Shown here piece by piece: positions 50,214 to 62,495 of a stretch of DNA of 64,000 bases. Source of the stretch: Myxococcota bacterium (GTDB lineage Bacteria; Myxococcota_A; UBA9042; PHBI01; JAWLBL01). Under the pieces are notes generated by a model. It did no database searches and was not told the origin of the DNA. It saw only the letters and a program-made list of their open reading frames with translations. The stretch is taken from NCBI GenBank assembly GCA_041687695.1, contig JAWLBL010000003.1:215660-279659 (forward strand), read 5' to 3'. Position 1 is the stretch's first letter, and each line of letters starts with the position of its first letter. A program made the position numbers and the translations under genes.

Positions 50214-52913
50214 ATGGACCAGGAGAACGTGATGGGAGGCGGCGGCGCTCGCGTCCCCGTCGCCATCGAAGAGGAGATGCGTGGGTCGTATCTGGCCTAC
50301 GCCATGTCCGTCATCATCGGGCGCGCGCTGCCCGACGTCCGTGACGGGCTCAAGCCCGTGCATCGGCGCGTCCTGTACGCCATGTACGAGCAGCGCAACC
50401 TCTTCAACACGGCCTACAAGAAGTCTGCCCGCATCGTCGGCGACGTCATCGGCAAGTATCACCCCCACGGTGACACGGCGGTGTACGACACGATGGTCCG
50501 CATGGCGCAGGACTTCTCCATGCGCTACCCCCTGGTGGACGGCCAGGGCAACTTCGGCTCCGTCGACGGCGACCCCGCGGCGGCCATGCGTTACACCGAA
50601 GTGCGCATGACCCGCCTCGCCGGCGAGATGCTCGGCGACATCGAAAAAGACACGGTCGACTGGCAGGACAACTACGACGGCTCCGAGCAGGAGCCGCAGG
50701 TTCTGCCCGCGGCCTTCCCGAACCTGCTGGTCAACGGCTCGGGCGGCATCGCGGTCGGCATGGCCACGAACATGCCGCCGCACAACCTGACCGAGGTCAT
50801 CAAGGCGACCATCGCCCTCATCGAGGACCCGACCCTGACGGTGCGCGACCTCATGCGCTTCGTGCCGGGGCCGGACTTCCCGACCGGCGGCTACATCTTC
50901 GGGCGCACGGGCATCGAGCAGGCCTACGAGCACGGCCGCGGCATCATCCGCGTCCGCGCCAAGACCGAGGTCGAGCTCGACGAGCGCGGCGACGAAAAAG
51001 CGATCATCATCAACGAGCTGCCCTACCAGGTGAACAAGGCCAAGCTCCTCGAGCGCATCGCCGAGCTGGTCCGCGACAAGAAGATCGAGGGCATCCGCGA
51101 CCTCCGCGACGAGAGCGCGCGCCAGGGCATGCGCGTGTACATCGAGCTGAAGAAGGGCGCGATGAGCCAGATCGTGCTCAATCAGCTCTACGCGATGACG
51201 CCCATGCAATCGAGCTTCGGCATCATCAACCTGGCCATCGTCGGCGGGCAGCCGCGGGTCCTCAACCTGAAAGAGCTGCTCGAGCACTTCGTCAACCACC
51301 GCCGCGACGTCGTCACGCGCCGGTGCCGCTACGAGCTGCGCAAGGCCGAGGAGCGCTCGCACATCCTCGAGGGCTACCTCATCGCGCTGGCCAACATCGA
51401 CGAGGTGGTGGCCATCATCAAGGCCAGCCCCACGCCCCAGGACGCGCGCGACAACCTGATGGCGCGCTTTCTGCTGAGCCAGGTCCAGGCGCAGAGCATC
51501 CTGGACATGCGCCTGCAGCGGCTGACCGGCCTCGAGGTCGACAAGATCAAGGAGGAGTACGCGCAGATCCAGGAGACCATCAAGCGGCTCAAGGCCATCC
51601 TGGCCAGCGACGTGCTGCTGATGGAGGTCATCGTCGGCGAGCTGCGCAGCATCGAGGAGCAGTTCGGCGACAAGCGCCGCACGCAGATCGTCGAGGCCTC
51701 GGGCGAGATCGGGATGGAGGATCTCATCGCCGACGAGGACATGGTCGTGACCCTGACCTCGACGGGCTACATCAAGCGCACGCCGCTGGCCGAGTACCGC
51801 ACCCAGGGGCGCGGCGGCCGTGGTCGCCGCGGCATGTCGACCAAAGAGACCGACAACGTCACCAACCTGTTCGTGGCGTCGGCGCACACGCTGCTGCTCA
51901 TCTTCACCGACCGCGGGCAGGTCTACCCGCTCAAGGTCTGGGAGCTGCCGCAGGGCGGCCTGACCTCCAGCGGCAAGGCCATCGTGAACCTGATCCCGCT
52001 CGAGTCCGGCGAGACCGTGCGCTCGGTGTTGGCGGTCGAGGACCTCGACACCGAGGCGCTGTCGGTCGTCTTCTCGACGCGGCAGGGGACGGTCAAGCGG
52101 ACCATCCTCAACCAGTACAAGAACGTCCGCAACAGCGGCATCCGCGCCATCGTGCTCGAGGCCGACGACGATCTCGTCGACGTGCGCCTCGCGGGCCCGG
52201 ACGACCACGTGATGCTGGTCAGCGCCAAGGGCATGGCCATCATCTTCCCCATCGACGACGTGCGGCCCACGGGACGCGCCAGCATGGGCGTGCGCGGCAT
52301 CCGCTTGAAGCCCAAGGACCACGTCGTCGCCATGGACATCGTCAGCCTGGCCGCGACGGGGCCGCTCGACGAGGAGGGCGCCGAGGTCGAAGAGGAGACC
52401 GAGGTCGAGGAGGGGGCGGCGACCGCCGAGGAGCAGGTCGACGCCGAGACCCCGACCGTGGTGCTGGTGACCGAGAACGGCTTCGGCAAGCGCACGCCGC
52501 TGTCGGCCTTCCGCATCCAGCACCGCAGCGGCCTGGGCCTGCGCTCGCTGCCGTTCGCGGCGCGCAACGGCGATCTGGTGTCGATGTGCCAGGCGCGCTC
52601 GGTGGACGACCTGATGGTCGTGACCGACGGCGGCACCATCATCCGCATGCCCGTGGCCGAGGTGAAGGCCTACAGCCGCGCCGCCCGCGGCGTGCGCATC
52701 ATCGCGCTGTCGCAGGGCGAGAAGGTCGTGTCGATCTACACGGTCCCGGCCGGTCAGGCCGAGGAGAGCGAGATCGAGGGCGAGGAGGTGACCACCATCG
52801 AGCAGGGTGAGGTGCCGCTGGACGTGCACGTCGACCTGCCGGCCGAGGGTGACGAACAGGGCGGCGCCGGCGAAGCGACCGATGAGCCCGGGTCCGAGGG
52901 GGACGAGTCGTGA
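50214..52913 (+). CDS. gyrA: DNA gyrase subunit A
   Basis: [28 protein letters not shown] catalytic Tyr, GyrA-box-like QGRGGRG, CTD repeats, acidic tail. Confidence 0.97.
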   Translation: MDQENVMGGGGARVPVAIEEEMRGSYLAYAMSVIIGRALPDVRDGLKPVHRRVLYAMYEQRNLFNTAYKKSARIVGDVIGKYHPHGDTAVYDTMVRMAQDFSMRYPLVDGQGNFGSVDGDPAAAMRYTEVRMTRLAGEMLGDIEKDTVDWQDNYDGSEQEPQVLPAAFPNLLVNGSGGIAVGMATNMPPHNLTEVIKATIALIEDPTLTVRDLMRFVPGPDFPTGGYIFGRTGIEQAYEHGRGIIRVRAKTEVELDERGDEKAIIINELPYQVNKAKLLERIAELVRDKKIEGIRDLRDESARQGMRVYIELKKGAMSQIVLNQLYAMTPMQSSFGIINLAIVGGQPRVLNLKELLEHFVNHRRDVVTRRCRYELRKAEERSHILEGYLIALANIDEVVAIIKASPTPQDARDNLMARFLLSQVQAQSILDMRLQRLTGLEVDKIKEEYAQIQETIKRLKAILASDVLLMEVIVGELRSIEEQFGDKRRTQIVEASGEIGMEDLIADEDMVVTLTSTGYIKRTPLAEYRTQGRGGRGRRGMSTKETDNVTNLFVASAHTLLLIFTDRGQVYPLKVWELPQGGLTSSGKAIVNLIPLESGETVRSVLAVEDLDTEALSVVFSTRQGTVKRTILNQYKNVRNSGIRAIVLEADDDLVDVRLAGPDDHVMLVSAKGMAIIFPIDDVRPTGRASMGVRGIRLKPKDHVVAMDIVSLAATGPLDEEGAEVEEETEVEEGAATAEEQVDAETPTVVLVTENGFGKRTPLSAFRIQHRSGLGLRSLPFAARNGDLVSMCQARSVDDLMVVTDGGTIIRMPVAEVKAYSRAARGVRIIALSQGEKVVSIYTVPAGQAEESEIEGEEVTTIEQGEVPLDVHVDLPAEGDEQGGAGEATDEPGSEGDES

Positions 52914-54142
52914 GCGAGCGCGTACGGGTCATCTTGCGTCGGGGCAAGTCCAAGCCGTTCTGGCTGGGACACCCCTGGGTGTTCAGCGGCGCCATCGACC
53001 GCGTCGAGGGGGTCGTGCCCGAGACGGGCGCGCCTTGCGTGGTCGAGGACGAGCGCCAGAACGTGCTGGGCACGGGCTTTTACAACCCGATGGGCAAGAT
53101 CGCGGTGCGGCTGCTTCAGCACCGGCGCACGACCGATCTGCCGTTCGATCCGCAGCCGTTCGACCGGCTGGTCGAGCAGCGCGTCCGCGAGGCGGCGGCC
53201 CGGCGTCAGGCGCTGGGGCTGCCCCACGGGCGCACGGACTCGTACCGTGTCGTCAACGCCGAGGGCGACCACCTGTCGGGCCTGGTGGTCGACAAGCTGG
53301 GTGACGCGGCCGTCGTGCACTTGAACTCGCGCGCCATGTACGAGGCGCGCGCGGTGGTCGCGGACGCCGTGCGGCGGGTGCTTGGGCCCGAGCGCATCAT
53401 CATGGCCGTGGGGGACGAGGCCTCGCGCCTCGAGGCCATCCCCACGGGCGTCCACTACGTCTGGCCCGAGGAGCGCAAGGAGGACGGCGCCGTCCAGGTG
53501 CTCGAGAACGGCGTCCGGTACCGCGTGGACGTCTTCGGCGGGCAGAAGACCGGCTTCTACTTCGACCAGCGCGACAACCGGCGGCGCTTCGCCGAGCTGT
53601 GCGAGGGGCGTCGGCTGCTCGATCTGTACAGCTACGTCGGCGGCTTCTCGCTCAACGCGCTGGTGGCCGGGGCCGAGCACGCGACCGTGGTCGACAGCTC
53701 GGGTCCGGCCATCGCGGCGGCGTCGGCCAACGCGCAGCTCAACGGCGTGCCGGCCGAGCGCCTCAGCGCGCACGCCGAGGACGCGATGGTCTGGCTGAAG
53801 GAGGCCAACGCCCGGGGGCTGGCCTGGGATCGCATCGTGTGCGACCCGCCCAAGCTCGCGCGGGGCCGCGGCCACATCGACGAGGCCATCAAGAAGTACG
53901 CGCGCCTCAACACGCTCGCCATGAGCGTCCTGGCGCCCGGGGGGCTGCTCCTGACCTGCACCTGCAGCCAGCACGTCAGCGAAGAGGCCTTCCTGCGCAT
54001 GTTGACGGACGCCGGCCACCGCCTGCGCCGGACCGTGCACGTGCACGCGGTCTGGGGCCAGGCGCCGGACCACCCGTTCTCCGTGGTGGCGCCCGAAGGC
54101 CGCTACCTGACGGCGGTGCTCATCAGCACCTCCGAGGGCTAA
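52910..54142 (+). CDS. rlmI: 23S rRNA m5C1962-type SAM methyltransferase (RlmI family)
   Basis: [43 protein letters not shown]. Confidence 0.85.
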   Translation: MSERVRVILRRGKSKPFWLGHPWVFSGAIDRVEGVVPETGAPCVVEDERQNVLGTGFYNPMGKIAVRLLQHRRTTDLPFDPQPFDRLVEQRVREAAARRQALGLPHGRTDSYRVVNAEGDHLSGLVVDKLGDAAVVHLNSRAMYEARAVVADAVRRVLGPERIIMAVGDEASRLEAIPTGVHYVWPEERKEDGAVQVLENGVRYRVDVFGGQKTGFYFDQRDNRRRFAELCEGRRLLDLYSYVGGFSLNALVAGAEHATVVDSSGPAIAAASANAQLNGVPAERLSAHAEDAMVWLKEANARGLAWDRIVCDPPKLARGRGHIDEAIKKYARLNTLAMSVLAPGGLLLTCTCSQHVSEEAFLRMLTDAGHRLRRTVHVHAVWGQAPDHPFSVVAPEGRYLTAVLISTSEG

Positions 54143-54149
54143 AGAAGTA

Positions 54150-54190
54150 GGAAAGGGGTCAGGTCTAATCATTAGACCTGACCCCTTTCC
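54150..54190. repeat. Perfect 20-bp-arm palindrome between convergent genes (REP-like or bidirectional terminator)
   Basis: GGAAAGGGGTCAGGTCTAAT-C-ATTAGACCTGACCCCTTTCC. Confidence 0.85.
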
Positions 54191-54191
54191 G

Positions 54192-56594
54192 CTACTCCCG
54201 GATGGGCGTCGCCGCCACCATCTGGAAGAACAGCGACTCGTCGCCGACGACCTCGACCTTCCAGGAGTCGATGTCGCGCCAGCCCTCGACGCCCTTGCGC
54301 TTGAGCTTCTTCGAGTAGGACTGCAGCTTGGACTCGAAGCCGCCCATCTTGCCGCGCTCCATCAGGGCGTAGAACTTGCGGCCGTGGTTGCGCTCCTCGA
54401 GGTAGGGCAGGAACTGCGGCTGCTCCTTGGTGATGGGCTGCAGCTCGTTGTAGCTGTAGTAGGTCTCACCGCGCCAGGTGATGAGCCAGCTGATGACGTC
54501 CTCCTGGCAGACCTTCTTCTCGGTCCCCCGGAAGTACTCCGAGACGCCGCCGAGGCCGATGGACGCCAACACGGGGCGGTAGGCCTGGACGACCTCGGGG
54601 TGGTTCTGGGCGCGGTTGCAGGTGTCGTAGTAGCTGTCGAACAGGTACTTCTGCGACCAGTGCGGCGACAGCGACGGCATGTAGTAGTTCAGCGACCACA
54701 TCGTCAGCGCGCTGGCGGTCAGGCCCAGGGCGACCAGTCCGGCGCGCCGCGTTCGGGCCGCGAAGAACAGGCCCAGCGCGATGAGCCCCATCACCGACAC
54801 GATCAGGACGAACGTGTGGTAGCGGAACATGGGCGTGGTCAGGATGGCCTGCAGCGTCGGTGACGTGTGTCGCCAGAAGGTGCTGTCGGCCCAGGTGACC
54901 GTACTGCCCGCCGCGACGGGGGCGGCCGCGTCGATGGGCAGGTGCTCGGGCAGGGGGCGGTCGTACTTATAGGTCATCAGGTTGCGGATGTGCTGGGGAT
55001 CCTCGTGCAGATCCCAGGCGACGGCCGCGAACGTGACGACGCCGACGACGACCGCGAGGCGGGCGAGCCAGCCCCGGTTGTCGAGCAGGTGGTCGAGGAA
55101 GAGGGCGGTCAGGACGGCCAGCGCGGGCATGGCCGGGAAGATGTAGTGGTGGAACTTGGTCGACGAGATGGTGAAGAGCGTGAAGGCGACCACGAACCAC
55201 AGGGTCGCGAACAGCTTCGCCTGGTCGCCGGCCTCCGGGGCGCGGGCGCGCTGACGCACCAGCCAGACCAGGGCCAGCGGTACGAACACCATCCACGGGA
55301 ACATGCCGATGCCGAGCCACTTGATGAAGTGCTCGAAGTTGCCGCTGTCGATCTGGTGGACGCCGGCGCCGAGGCGGTTGAAGTGGTCGTGGATGAAGAA
55401 GCGCTGGTAGTAGGCCATGCCGTGCTTGGCGAACATGGCCATGTACCAGGGGAAGCCCGTGGCGATGAAGACCAGGATGCCGCGGATGAGCTCGGCTCGG
55501 GCCAGGGCGCGCCAGTGCCCCGAGACCAGCAGGTACACGAAGATGATGGCGCCCGGCAGCATGAAGCCGAGCAGCCCCTTGGCGTAGGTGCTCATCGCCG
55601 CCATGACGTAGAAGAGCACCATCAGGTAGCGGCGGACCCACTTGTCCTTGACCGCGTCGGTCAGGCCCTGGTCCCGGAGATCCCGGCGCAGCCCGAAGGC
55701 GTACCAGGCGAGGACGCCGGCCAGCAGCACCCCGTAGATGGTCGCGTGCAGCCAGCCCATCAGGTGGGCCTGCTTCAGGTTGGCCAGCTGGAAGCTCCAC
55801 CACGCGGCGCCGGACAGCGCGTCGCTGCCCTCGACCGACAGGTCGGCCGTGATGATGCCGTACTGCGGCAGGGTCGACAGCAGGACGAAGGCCAGCGTGC
55901 CCCACGTCCAGGCCCAGAAGCCGCGTCTGGAGAGCCGCTCGCGTGGGCCGAAGAAGGCCAGCATCAGGAACATCAGCGCGATGATCATGGTCCCGACGAA
56001 CGGCATGTCCGTCTGGGCCTGGCGGCTGATCATGAAGAACTGCGGCGAGGTGGCCATGACGACCGCGCCGATGAGGCCGGCGCGGCGCGACCAGATCTTG
56101 CTCATGGCCAGGTAGGTCATGAACACGGCCATGATGGCCAGGACCGCCATCGGCAGCCGGATGGCCCACTCTCCGTGGCCGACGAGGCGCACGAAGAACG
56201 CCTCGGACCAGAAGATGAAGATGGGCTTGGAGAAGAACGGCTCGCCCTGGCGGGGCTCGGTGCCGATCTGCTCCTTGTAGCCCCACCAGGGGCTGACCCA
56301 GTCGTAGGTCTCGACCATGTGGGTCGTGACGGCGCCGTAGTGGGTCTCCCAGGGGTCCCAGAGGCCGAAGGCCCCCAGGTTGGGCAGGAGCATCAGCGCC
56401 GCGAAGAGCAGGACGCCGGCGCGGACCTTCCCCTCGTGGGCCGGGCGCGTCCAGACCTTCGTCGCCTCGGGGGCCGACTGCGGCTGGTCGTCATAGAGCG
56501 GGAGCGGGCGACCTTCGGCGGTCGTCGGCTCGAACTCGGGGAGGGGGCCCTCGTCGCCCGGAGTGGGCTTGGGGGCTTCAATCGCTGCAGCCAT
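54192..56594 (-). CDS. GT-C membrane glycosyltransferase (ArnT/PMT-like, GT83/GT39)
   Basis: LWDPWETHY, FFSKP, WAIRLP, SRQAQTDMPF, AKG, PWY, TKFHHYIFPAMP; many TM segments. Confidence 0.85.
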   Translation of the reverse strand: MAAAIEAPKPTPGDEGPLPEFEPTTAEGRPLPLYDDQPQSAPEATKVWTRPAHEGKVRAGVLLFAALMLLPNLGAFGLWDPWETHYGAVTTHMVETYDWVSPWWGYKEQIGTEPRQGEPFFSKPIFIFWSEAFFVRLVGHGEWAIRLPMAVLAIMAVFMTYLAMSKIWSRRAGLIGAVVMATSPQFFMISRQAQTDMPFVGTMIIALMFLMLAFFGPRERLSRRGFWAWTWGTLAFVLLSTLPQYGIITADLSVEGSDALSGAAWWSFQLANLKQAHLMGWLHATIYGVLLAGVLAWYAFGLRRDLRDQGLTDAVKDKWVRRYLMVLFYVMAAMSTYAKGLLGFMLPGAIIFVYLLVSGHWRALARAELIRGILVFIATGFPWYMAMFAKHGMAYYQRFFIHDHFNRLGAGVHQIDSGNFEHFIKWLGIGMFPWMVFVPLALVWLVRQRARAPEAGDQAKLFATLWFVVAFTLFTISSTKFHHYIFPAMPALAVLTALFLDHLLDNRGWLARLAVVVGVVTFAAVAWDLHEDPQHIRNLMTYKYDRPLPEHLPIDAAAPVAAGSTVTWADSTFWRHTSPTLQAILTTPMFRYHTFVLIVSVMGLIALGLFFAARTRRAGLVALGLTASALTMWSLNYYMPSLSPHWSQKYLFDSYYDTCNRAQNHPEVVQAYRPVLASIGLGGVSEYFRGTEKKVCQEDVISWLITWRGETYYSYNELQPITKEQPQFLPYLEERNHGRKFYALMERGKMGGFESKLQSYSKKLKRKGVEGWRDIDSWKVEVVGDESLFFQMVAATPIRE

Positions 56595-56887
56595 TCGGCT
56601 CCACGGCAGCCACGACGCTGCGGGAAACGGTCCGCGGGTTGGGGATCCCCGCAGCCAGGTTGGCGAGGGGCCACGAGCACGTGACAACCCGGTTCCTGCT
56701 GCAAACCGTCCCGTGACCGGCGATGACCTGCGACCAGGCGTGCGCCCCGGAGGGTCGTGAGCAGCGAGCCGGGGCCATGCGTCGGCCACGTTCGATCCCA
56801 CCGAGGCGCGGCTGCGCGCGGGGGATCGAACGTGGAGACGCCTTCGAGTGCAGATGCGGACCCGTGGGGATCGGCATCCGACGCGGA

Positions 56888-57283
56888 CTAGCGCTTCGAG
56901 AACTGGAAGCGCTTACGAGCACCCGGGCGACCGTACTTCTTGCGCTCGACCGTGCGGGGGTCGCGGGTCAGGAACCCGGCGCGCTTGAGGGGGCCGCGCA
57001 GATCGGGGTTGCCCTCGGCCAGCGCGCGGCTGATGCCGTGCTTGACCGCGCCAGCCTGACCGCTGAGCCCGCCGCCGCGGACCGTCGCGAAGACGTCGTA
57101 GCGACCGACCGACTCGGTGATCTCGAACGGCTGGTTGAGGACCATGAGCAGGGTGGCGCGGCGGAAGTACTCATCCGCTTCGCGCTTGTTGACGGTCACC
57201 TGCCCGGTGCCCGGCTTGAGGAAGACGCGGGCGCTGGCCTCCTTGCGGCGGCCGGTAGCGTACCATCGCTGAGCGTTGGCCAT
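56888..57283 (-). CDS. rpsI: 30S ribosomal protein S9
   Basis: [29 protein letters not shown]. Confidence 0.99.
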   Translation of the reverse strand: MANAQRWYATGRRKEASARVFLKPGTGQVTVNKREADEYFRRATLLMVLNQPFEITESVGRYDVFATVRGGGLSGQAGAVKHGISRALAEGNPDLRGPLKRAGFLTRDPRTVERKKYGRPGARKRFQFSKR

Positions 57284-57296
57284 GGAGAGTTCCTAC

Positions 57297-57731
57297 CTAG
57301 TTCGAGAGATCGATGGGCTGGGGCTGCTGGGCCGCGTGCGGGTGATTGGACCCGACGTAGACCTTGAGCTTCTTGAACATGCTGCGACCGAGAGGGCCCT
57401 TGGGGAGCATGCCCTTGACGGCGAGCTCGACCATCTTGGTCGCGTCCTTCTGCAGGAGCTTCTCGGCCGTGATCTGCTTGATGCCGCCGAAGTACCCCGT
57501 GTGATGGAAGTACTCCTTCTTCTGCATCTTGGTGCCGGTCAGCTTGAGCTTGTCGGCGTTGATGACGACGACGAAGTCACCGCAGTCGGCGTGCGGGGTG
57601 TAGGTGGGGCGGTGCTTGCCGCGGAGCACGCCGGCGATGCGCGCGGCGGCGCGGCCAAGGGTCACGCCGTCGAGATCGACCAGGTGCCACTGGCGATCCA
57701 CAGTCTCGGGGGTGAAGCTGAGCGTCTTCAT
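57297..57731 (-). CDS. rplM: 50S ribosomal protein L13
   Basis: [33 protein letters not shown]. Confidence 0.99.
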   Translation of the reverse strand: MKTLSFTPETVDRQWHLVDLDGVTLGRAAARIAGVLRGKHRPTYTPHADCGDFVVVINADKLKLTGTKMQKKEYFHHTGYFGGIKQITAEKLLQKDATKMVELAVKGMLPKGPLGRSMFKKLKVYVGSNHPHAAQQPQPIDLSN

Positions 57732-57851
57732 CTCGGCGTCCTGTCTCGTAGGCTGGTCGAGCGACGACCCTGACGGGGTCGCCGCGCGTGCGGTGGCTCG
57801 GCCGCCGCGGCGATCCGCTGCCGGGGGTTGGCCCGGCGAGCGAACCGCGAC

Positions 57852-57880
57852 GGTATAGGCATCGAGTCGGGGGCTGTCAA
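57852..57880 (-). promoter_or_regulatory. Putative sigma70 promoter for rplM-rpsI
   Basis: Minus strand TTGACA-N17-TATACC. Confidence 0.6.
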
Positions 57881-57954
57881 CACTAAAGCCGGGGGCGGTG
57901 GCCTGCGGCGCGTCGCCGCGCGTCCAACCCGCGGGGTAGGGCGGCCGGGGCCGC

Positions 57955-59118
<1,164 letters not shown>

Positions 59119-59291
59119 CGGCGATCCTCCCGGAGGTGTGCCCGGGCGACGGGACCGTCCATCGCCCGCTGGGCGGCGAGCCTTGCGGCTCCGTGGGGCG
59201 CCCTTCCTAGTCGAGCGCACCGGCGAACGTCAAGCCTCAACACCCGCGAGGCCCCGGAGATTCGCGGAGTTGGCGGCCGGTCTCGCCCCGA

Positions 59292-60200
59292 TCACGGCAA
59301 GAACAGGCGCGCGTTGACGGCGAAGGTGTTGGTGGCCTCGTCGGAGAGCGTGCGGGAGAAGCCGACGTCGACCGCGAGCGCCTTGGAGACGTAGCCGGCG
59401 CCCACGGAGAAGCGGTTGGTGTCCGTCAACCCGTCGATGCCGAAGCCCGCGCGGGCGACGACGAGCCCCTCGATGAGGTACTGCGCCCCGAAGGCCCAGT
59501 GGGTCGCGGTCTCGTCCTCGAGGCTCTGGAGGTCGAGGACGGCGTCGAAGCTGAGCGTCAGGGCGTCGAACAGGGCGGCCGCGCCGAAGCCGATGGAGCG
59601 GGGCGCCTCGGCGACGGCCTTGGTGTCGATGAGGTTGTGGCCGGTGACGCCCAGGCTGAACATCGACCCGAGCTGGAGCAGGAGGCCGCCGTCGAGCGTG
59701 AAGAACTCGACGTCGTCCTGGGGGCCCACGTCGCCGTCGGACGCGCCGATGGTCAGGTCGGTGTACTGCCCGCCGAGTCCGACGTACAGCCCGAAGTCCT
59801 GACCGCGGAAGCCGGTCGACAGCGCGCCGCGGATGCGGCTGCCGTCGCGGTCGAGAACGCCGAGCTCGCTGGAGACGTAGGTGTAGGAGACGCCGAGGGC
59901 CAGGGCGGGGTTGGTGGACGAGTCGACCGCCGAGGCGTTCAGGCCGTGGCCGTCGAGCGCGTCCTGGTAGGTCCAGCCGACGTCCAGGGCGTACTGCCGG
60001 ATGAGGCTCATGCCGGCCGGGTTGAAGACGAGGGCGGACAGGCCCGTCGCCGTGCCGCGGACCGCGTCGGCCACACCCAGGGCGTTGGCGGGGGCGGCCT
60101 CGTCGCGCGCGCTCGCGGGCGCGGGTGCGGCAGCCACCGCCGCGGTGAGCGCGAGGGCGCCGGCTCGGCGCGCCCAGAGCACGGTGGGTCGCATCGCCAC
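59292..60200 (-). CDS. Outer-membrane beta-barrel protein (FadL/PorV-like N-terminus)
   Basis: Signal peptide; ALGVADAVRG...ALVFNPAGM motif; alternating beta-strand pattern; upstream TTGACA-N17-TACGTT (60224-60252). Confidence 0.7.
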   Translation of the reverse strand: MAMRPTVLWARRAGALALTAAVAAAPAPASARDEAAPANALGVADAVRGTATGLSALVFNPAGMSLIRQYALDVGWTYQDALDGHGLNASAVDSSTNPALALGVSYTYVSSELGVLDRDGSRIRGALSTGFRGQDFGLYVGLGGQYTDLTIGASDGDVGPQDDVEFFTLDGGLLLQLGSMFSLGVTGHNLIDTKAVAEAPRSIGFGAAALFDALTLSFDAVLDLQSLEDETATHWAFGAQYLIEGLVVARAGFGIDGLTDTNRFSVGAGYVSKALAVDVGFSRTLSDEATNTFAVNARLFLP

Positions 60201-60379
60201 TCCTCCGGTCGAAGTCGCGACGCAACGTAGGGGGGGCCCGATCCCCTGTCAACAAGCTCGTCCGCGAGGATCCGGGCACGCCGGAGCGCGGTCGGGCGCC
60301 GCTTCGCGTGACGACCGTGGCGTCTCGGGCGGACTTTCCCTATCATACGCGCCGTCACCGCCGCCCTTAGGAGGGCCCC

Positions 60380-60574
60380 ATGGCCAACGAGGAAGTCGCC
60401 CGCTCGGGCGGACTCATGAAGTGGTTGCTCATCGCGCTGGTGTTCGTCGCCGCCTTCATCGTGCTGAAGTTCGTCGTCGGCCTGGCCTTCGCCATGCTCA
60501 AGTGGGCGGTCATCGCCTTGGCGGCCCTGGGCGTCACCTGGGTGGTCGCCAAGAAGCTCGTCCGAAAGGAGTGA
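60380..60574 (+). CDS. Small two-TM membrane protein
   Basis: AGGAGG RBS; two hydrophobic helices; stop overlaps the next start. Confidence 0.75.
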   Translation: MANEEVARSGGLMKWLLIALVFVAAFIVLKFVVGLAFAMLKWAVIALAALGVTWVVAKKLVRKE

Positions 60575-61254
60575 GCGTGCGCGGAGCGCGCCGGGCGGCC
60601 GTTCGGACCCTGGGCGTCGCGCTGGCGGCGGCCCTGATGGTGGTGCCGTCGCTCGTCGTGGCGCGGCCCGCTCCGGGCGGGTCGCCGCGGTGGGGGACCG
60701 AGCTGTCGTTCTACGGCTGGTCGCCCGACGCGCGCCTGGTGGCCTATCGGCGCGTGCGCAGGATGCCCCCCGAGCGGGGGCGCAAGCCGCGGGTCGAGCG
60801 CCGCTCGATGCACCGCGTGGTCAAGGACGGGCGCCTCGAAGGCTTCGGCCCGGGTTTTTCCGGCACGCTGGCGGACCACGCCCGCAGCAGCGGCTACCGC
60901 GCCGATGCCCTGCCGATGACCCGGGAGGGCGAGCGGGCCTGGCGGTTCGCGGCGCCGGAAGGCGTCTACCGCCTCGAGGTGACCCTGGGTGAGCAGCTGG
61001 GCTGGCGCTTGACCCTGAACGGCGAGGTCCTGCTGGGGCAGGCGTTCGACACGCCCTATGTCCGCGTCGAGCCGGCGCTGTACCCGGCGCCCGACCGGTC
61101 GGCCCTGGCGCTGGTCATGCTGCTGGACACCGGCTGGCTCATCGACGGCGCCCTCTATACGGTCGCCCTGCCTGCCGACGTCCGCGCGCGCTGGCGTGCC
61201 GCCGAGGCTGCCTCGACCCACCCCGCTGCGCTGCAACCCGAAGTCCGGCCCTGA
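60571..61254 (+). CDS. Hypothetical exported protein
   Basis: Signal-like LGVALAAALMVVPSLVVA; GWSPDARLVAY (WD40/PD40-like motif); coupled to the upstream gene. Confidence 0.6.
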   Translation: MSVRGARRAAVRTLGVALAAALMVVPSLVVARPAPGGSPRWGTELSFYGWSPDARLVAYRRVRRMPPERGRKPRVERRSMHRVVKDGRLEGFGPGFSGTLADHARSSGYRADALPMTREGERAWRFAAPEGVYRLEVTLGEQLGWRLTLNGEVLLGQAFDTPYVRVEPALYPAPDRSALALVMLLDTGWLIDGALYTVALPADVRARWRAAEAASTHPAALQPEVRP

Positions 61255-61262
61255 AGTGCCAA

Positions 61263-61309
61263 CGCCGCCGCGGCGCCCCGCCCCTCGCAGAGCGGGCGCC
61301 GCGGCGGCG
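61263..61309. terminator. 16-bp GC-rich stem between convergent genes
   Basis: CGCCGCCGCGGCGCCC ... GGGCGCCGCGGCGGCG. Confidence 0.55.
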
Positions 61310-61316
61310 CGTCGGC

Positions 61317-62495
61317 TCAGGCCTTGTCCGACTCGGCGGACGTACGCGACTTGCCCGCGCCCGGGCCGCCGCCGAGGCCCAGGAGGTTGCGGCGGGCGCG
61401 CTCGACCTCGTCGGTCGACACGCCGTTCCAGCGGCCCTTGCGCGGCGTGGCGCGCTGCGTCGCCTCCTCGCGGGCCTCCTTCTCGCCCGGCGCGAACGAG
61501 GCGGACTTGCGGTCCTGGCCCTGCTTGACCAGCACGCGCCGGCCGTTCGCGTCCTTGGCCTCGTCCTTGGCGCCTTCTGCGGCGGGCGCGGCCTCCTCGG
61601 CGGCGGCGGTGGCCGGGGCCTTCGGCGCGGCGGCCTCGGCGGGGGCGCCGCCTCTGGCCTCGGTCGTCTCGGCCGCGGGCTGGGTCTCGGCCGCAGGGCT
61701 CGGCGGCACCGTGCTCTTCTTCTTGACCCGCAGGCTCTTCCGCTTCTGTTCGCCTCCCTTGGCCTCGGCGGCGGGGGCGGCGGGCGCGGCCGGCGCGGCG
61801 GCGGACTCGCCCTTGGCGGCGGCTTCGGCGGCGGCGGCGGCGGCGGCCTGCTGCTGCAGCAGCGCCTTGGGCTTGCGGCCCGGCTTCTTGCGCTCCTTGG
61901 GCTTGGGCTTGGGCGGGGGCCCGGCGGCCGTGTCGGTCTTGAGCTTCCAGTGCCCGTGGCCGTCGCCCTCGAACAGGTCGTCACGCTGCTTGCCGAGGGC
62001 GATCTTCAGGGCGCGCTTGGGGCTGGCGTCGCTCATCTTGTTGTCGATGACGACGCGCAGCAGGTGCTCCTCGGAGTGCCACCCGGGGTTGGACTGCATC
62101 CACCCGACGAGCGCGTCGCCGACGCGCTTGCGGCTGCGGCGCTTGCGGCTGCCGGGCTTGGCGGGCTTGGCCTCGGCGGCGGGCTTGGCGGGTTTGGCGG
62201 GTTTGGCGGGCGCGGGTGGCTTGGTCGCCGCCTTGGCGCGCGGAGCAGGGGCGGGCGAGGCAGCCTGCGGCGCGGCGGGCGCAGGGGCGGCCGCGGGGGC
62301 CCGAGCGGGCGCGGTCGTCGCCGCGGTGGCCCCGGCCGAAGCGCTGGCGCTGGCAATCAAACGGCAACCTTCGAGCGCTCGCAGGAAGGAATCGAGCTGC
62401 TCGACCGGAACGGACGCCCTCGCGGCGCCCATGGTGACCTCGATGACGTTGTTGGCCAGCGCGACGCGTATGTCGAGGGAGGTCGTGTCAGGCAT
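61317..62495 (-). CDS. Basic Ala/Pro/Lys-rich protein with a central winged-helix-like domain
   Basis: GGAG RBS; PAK repeats; RKRRSRKR; VGDALVGWM...LKIAL...LFEGDGHGHWKLK; upstream TTGCGA-N17-TATATT (62618-62646). Confidence 0.7.
   Translation of the reverse strand: MPDTTSLDIRVALANNVIEVTMGAARASVPVEQLDSFLRALEGCRLIASASASAGATAATTAPARAPAAAPAPAAPQAASPAPAPRAKAATKPPAPAKPAKPAKPAAEAKPAKPGSRKRRSRKRVGDALVGWMQSNPGWHSEEHLLRVVIDNKMSDASPKRALKIALGKQRDDLFEGDGHGHWKLKTDTAAGPPPKPKPKERKKPGRKPKALLQQQAAAAAAAEAAAKGESAAAPAAPAAPAAEAKGGEQKRKSLRVKKKSTVPPSPAAETQPAAETTEARGGAPAEAAAPKAPATAAAEEAAPAAEGAKDEAKDANGRRVLVKQGQDRKSASFAPGEKEAREEATQRATPRKGRWNGVSTDEVERARRNLLGLGGGPGAGKSRTSAESDKA

Noticed and set aside
59119..59291. SAM riboswitch upstream of metK
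   Set aside because: No SAM-I/II/IV core motifs recognisable by eye
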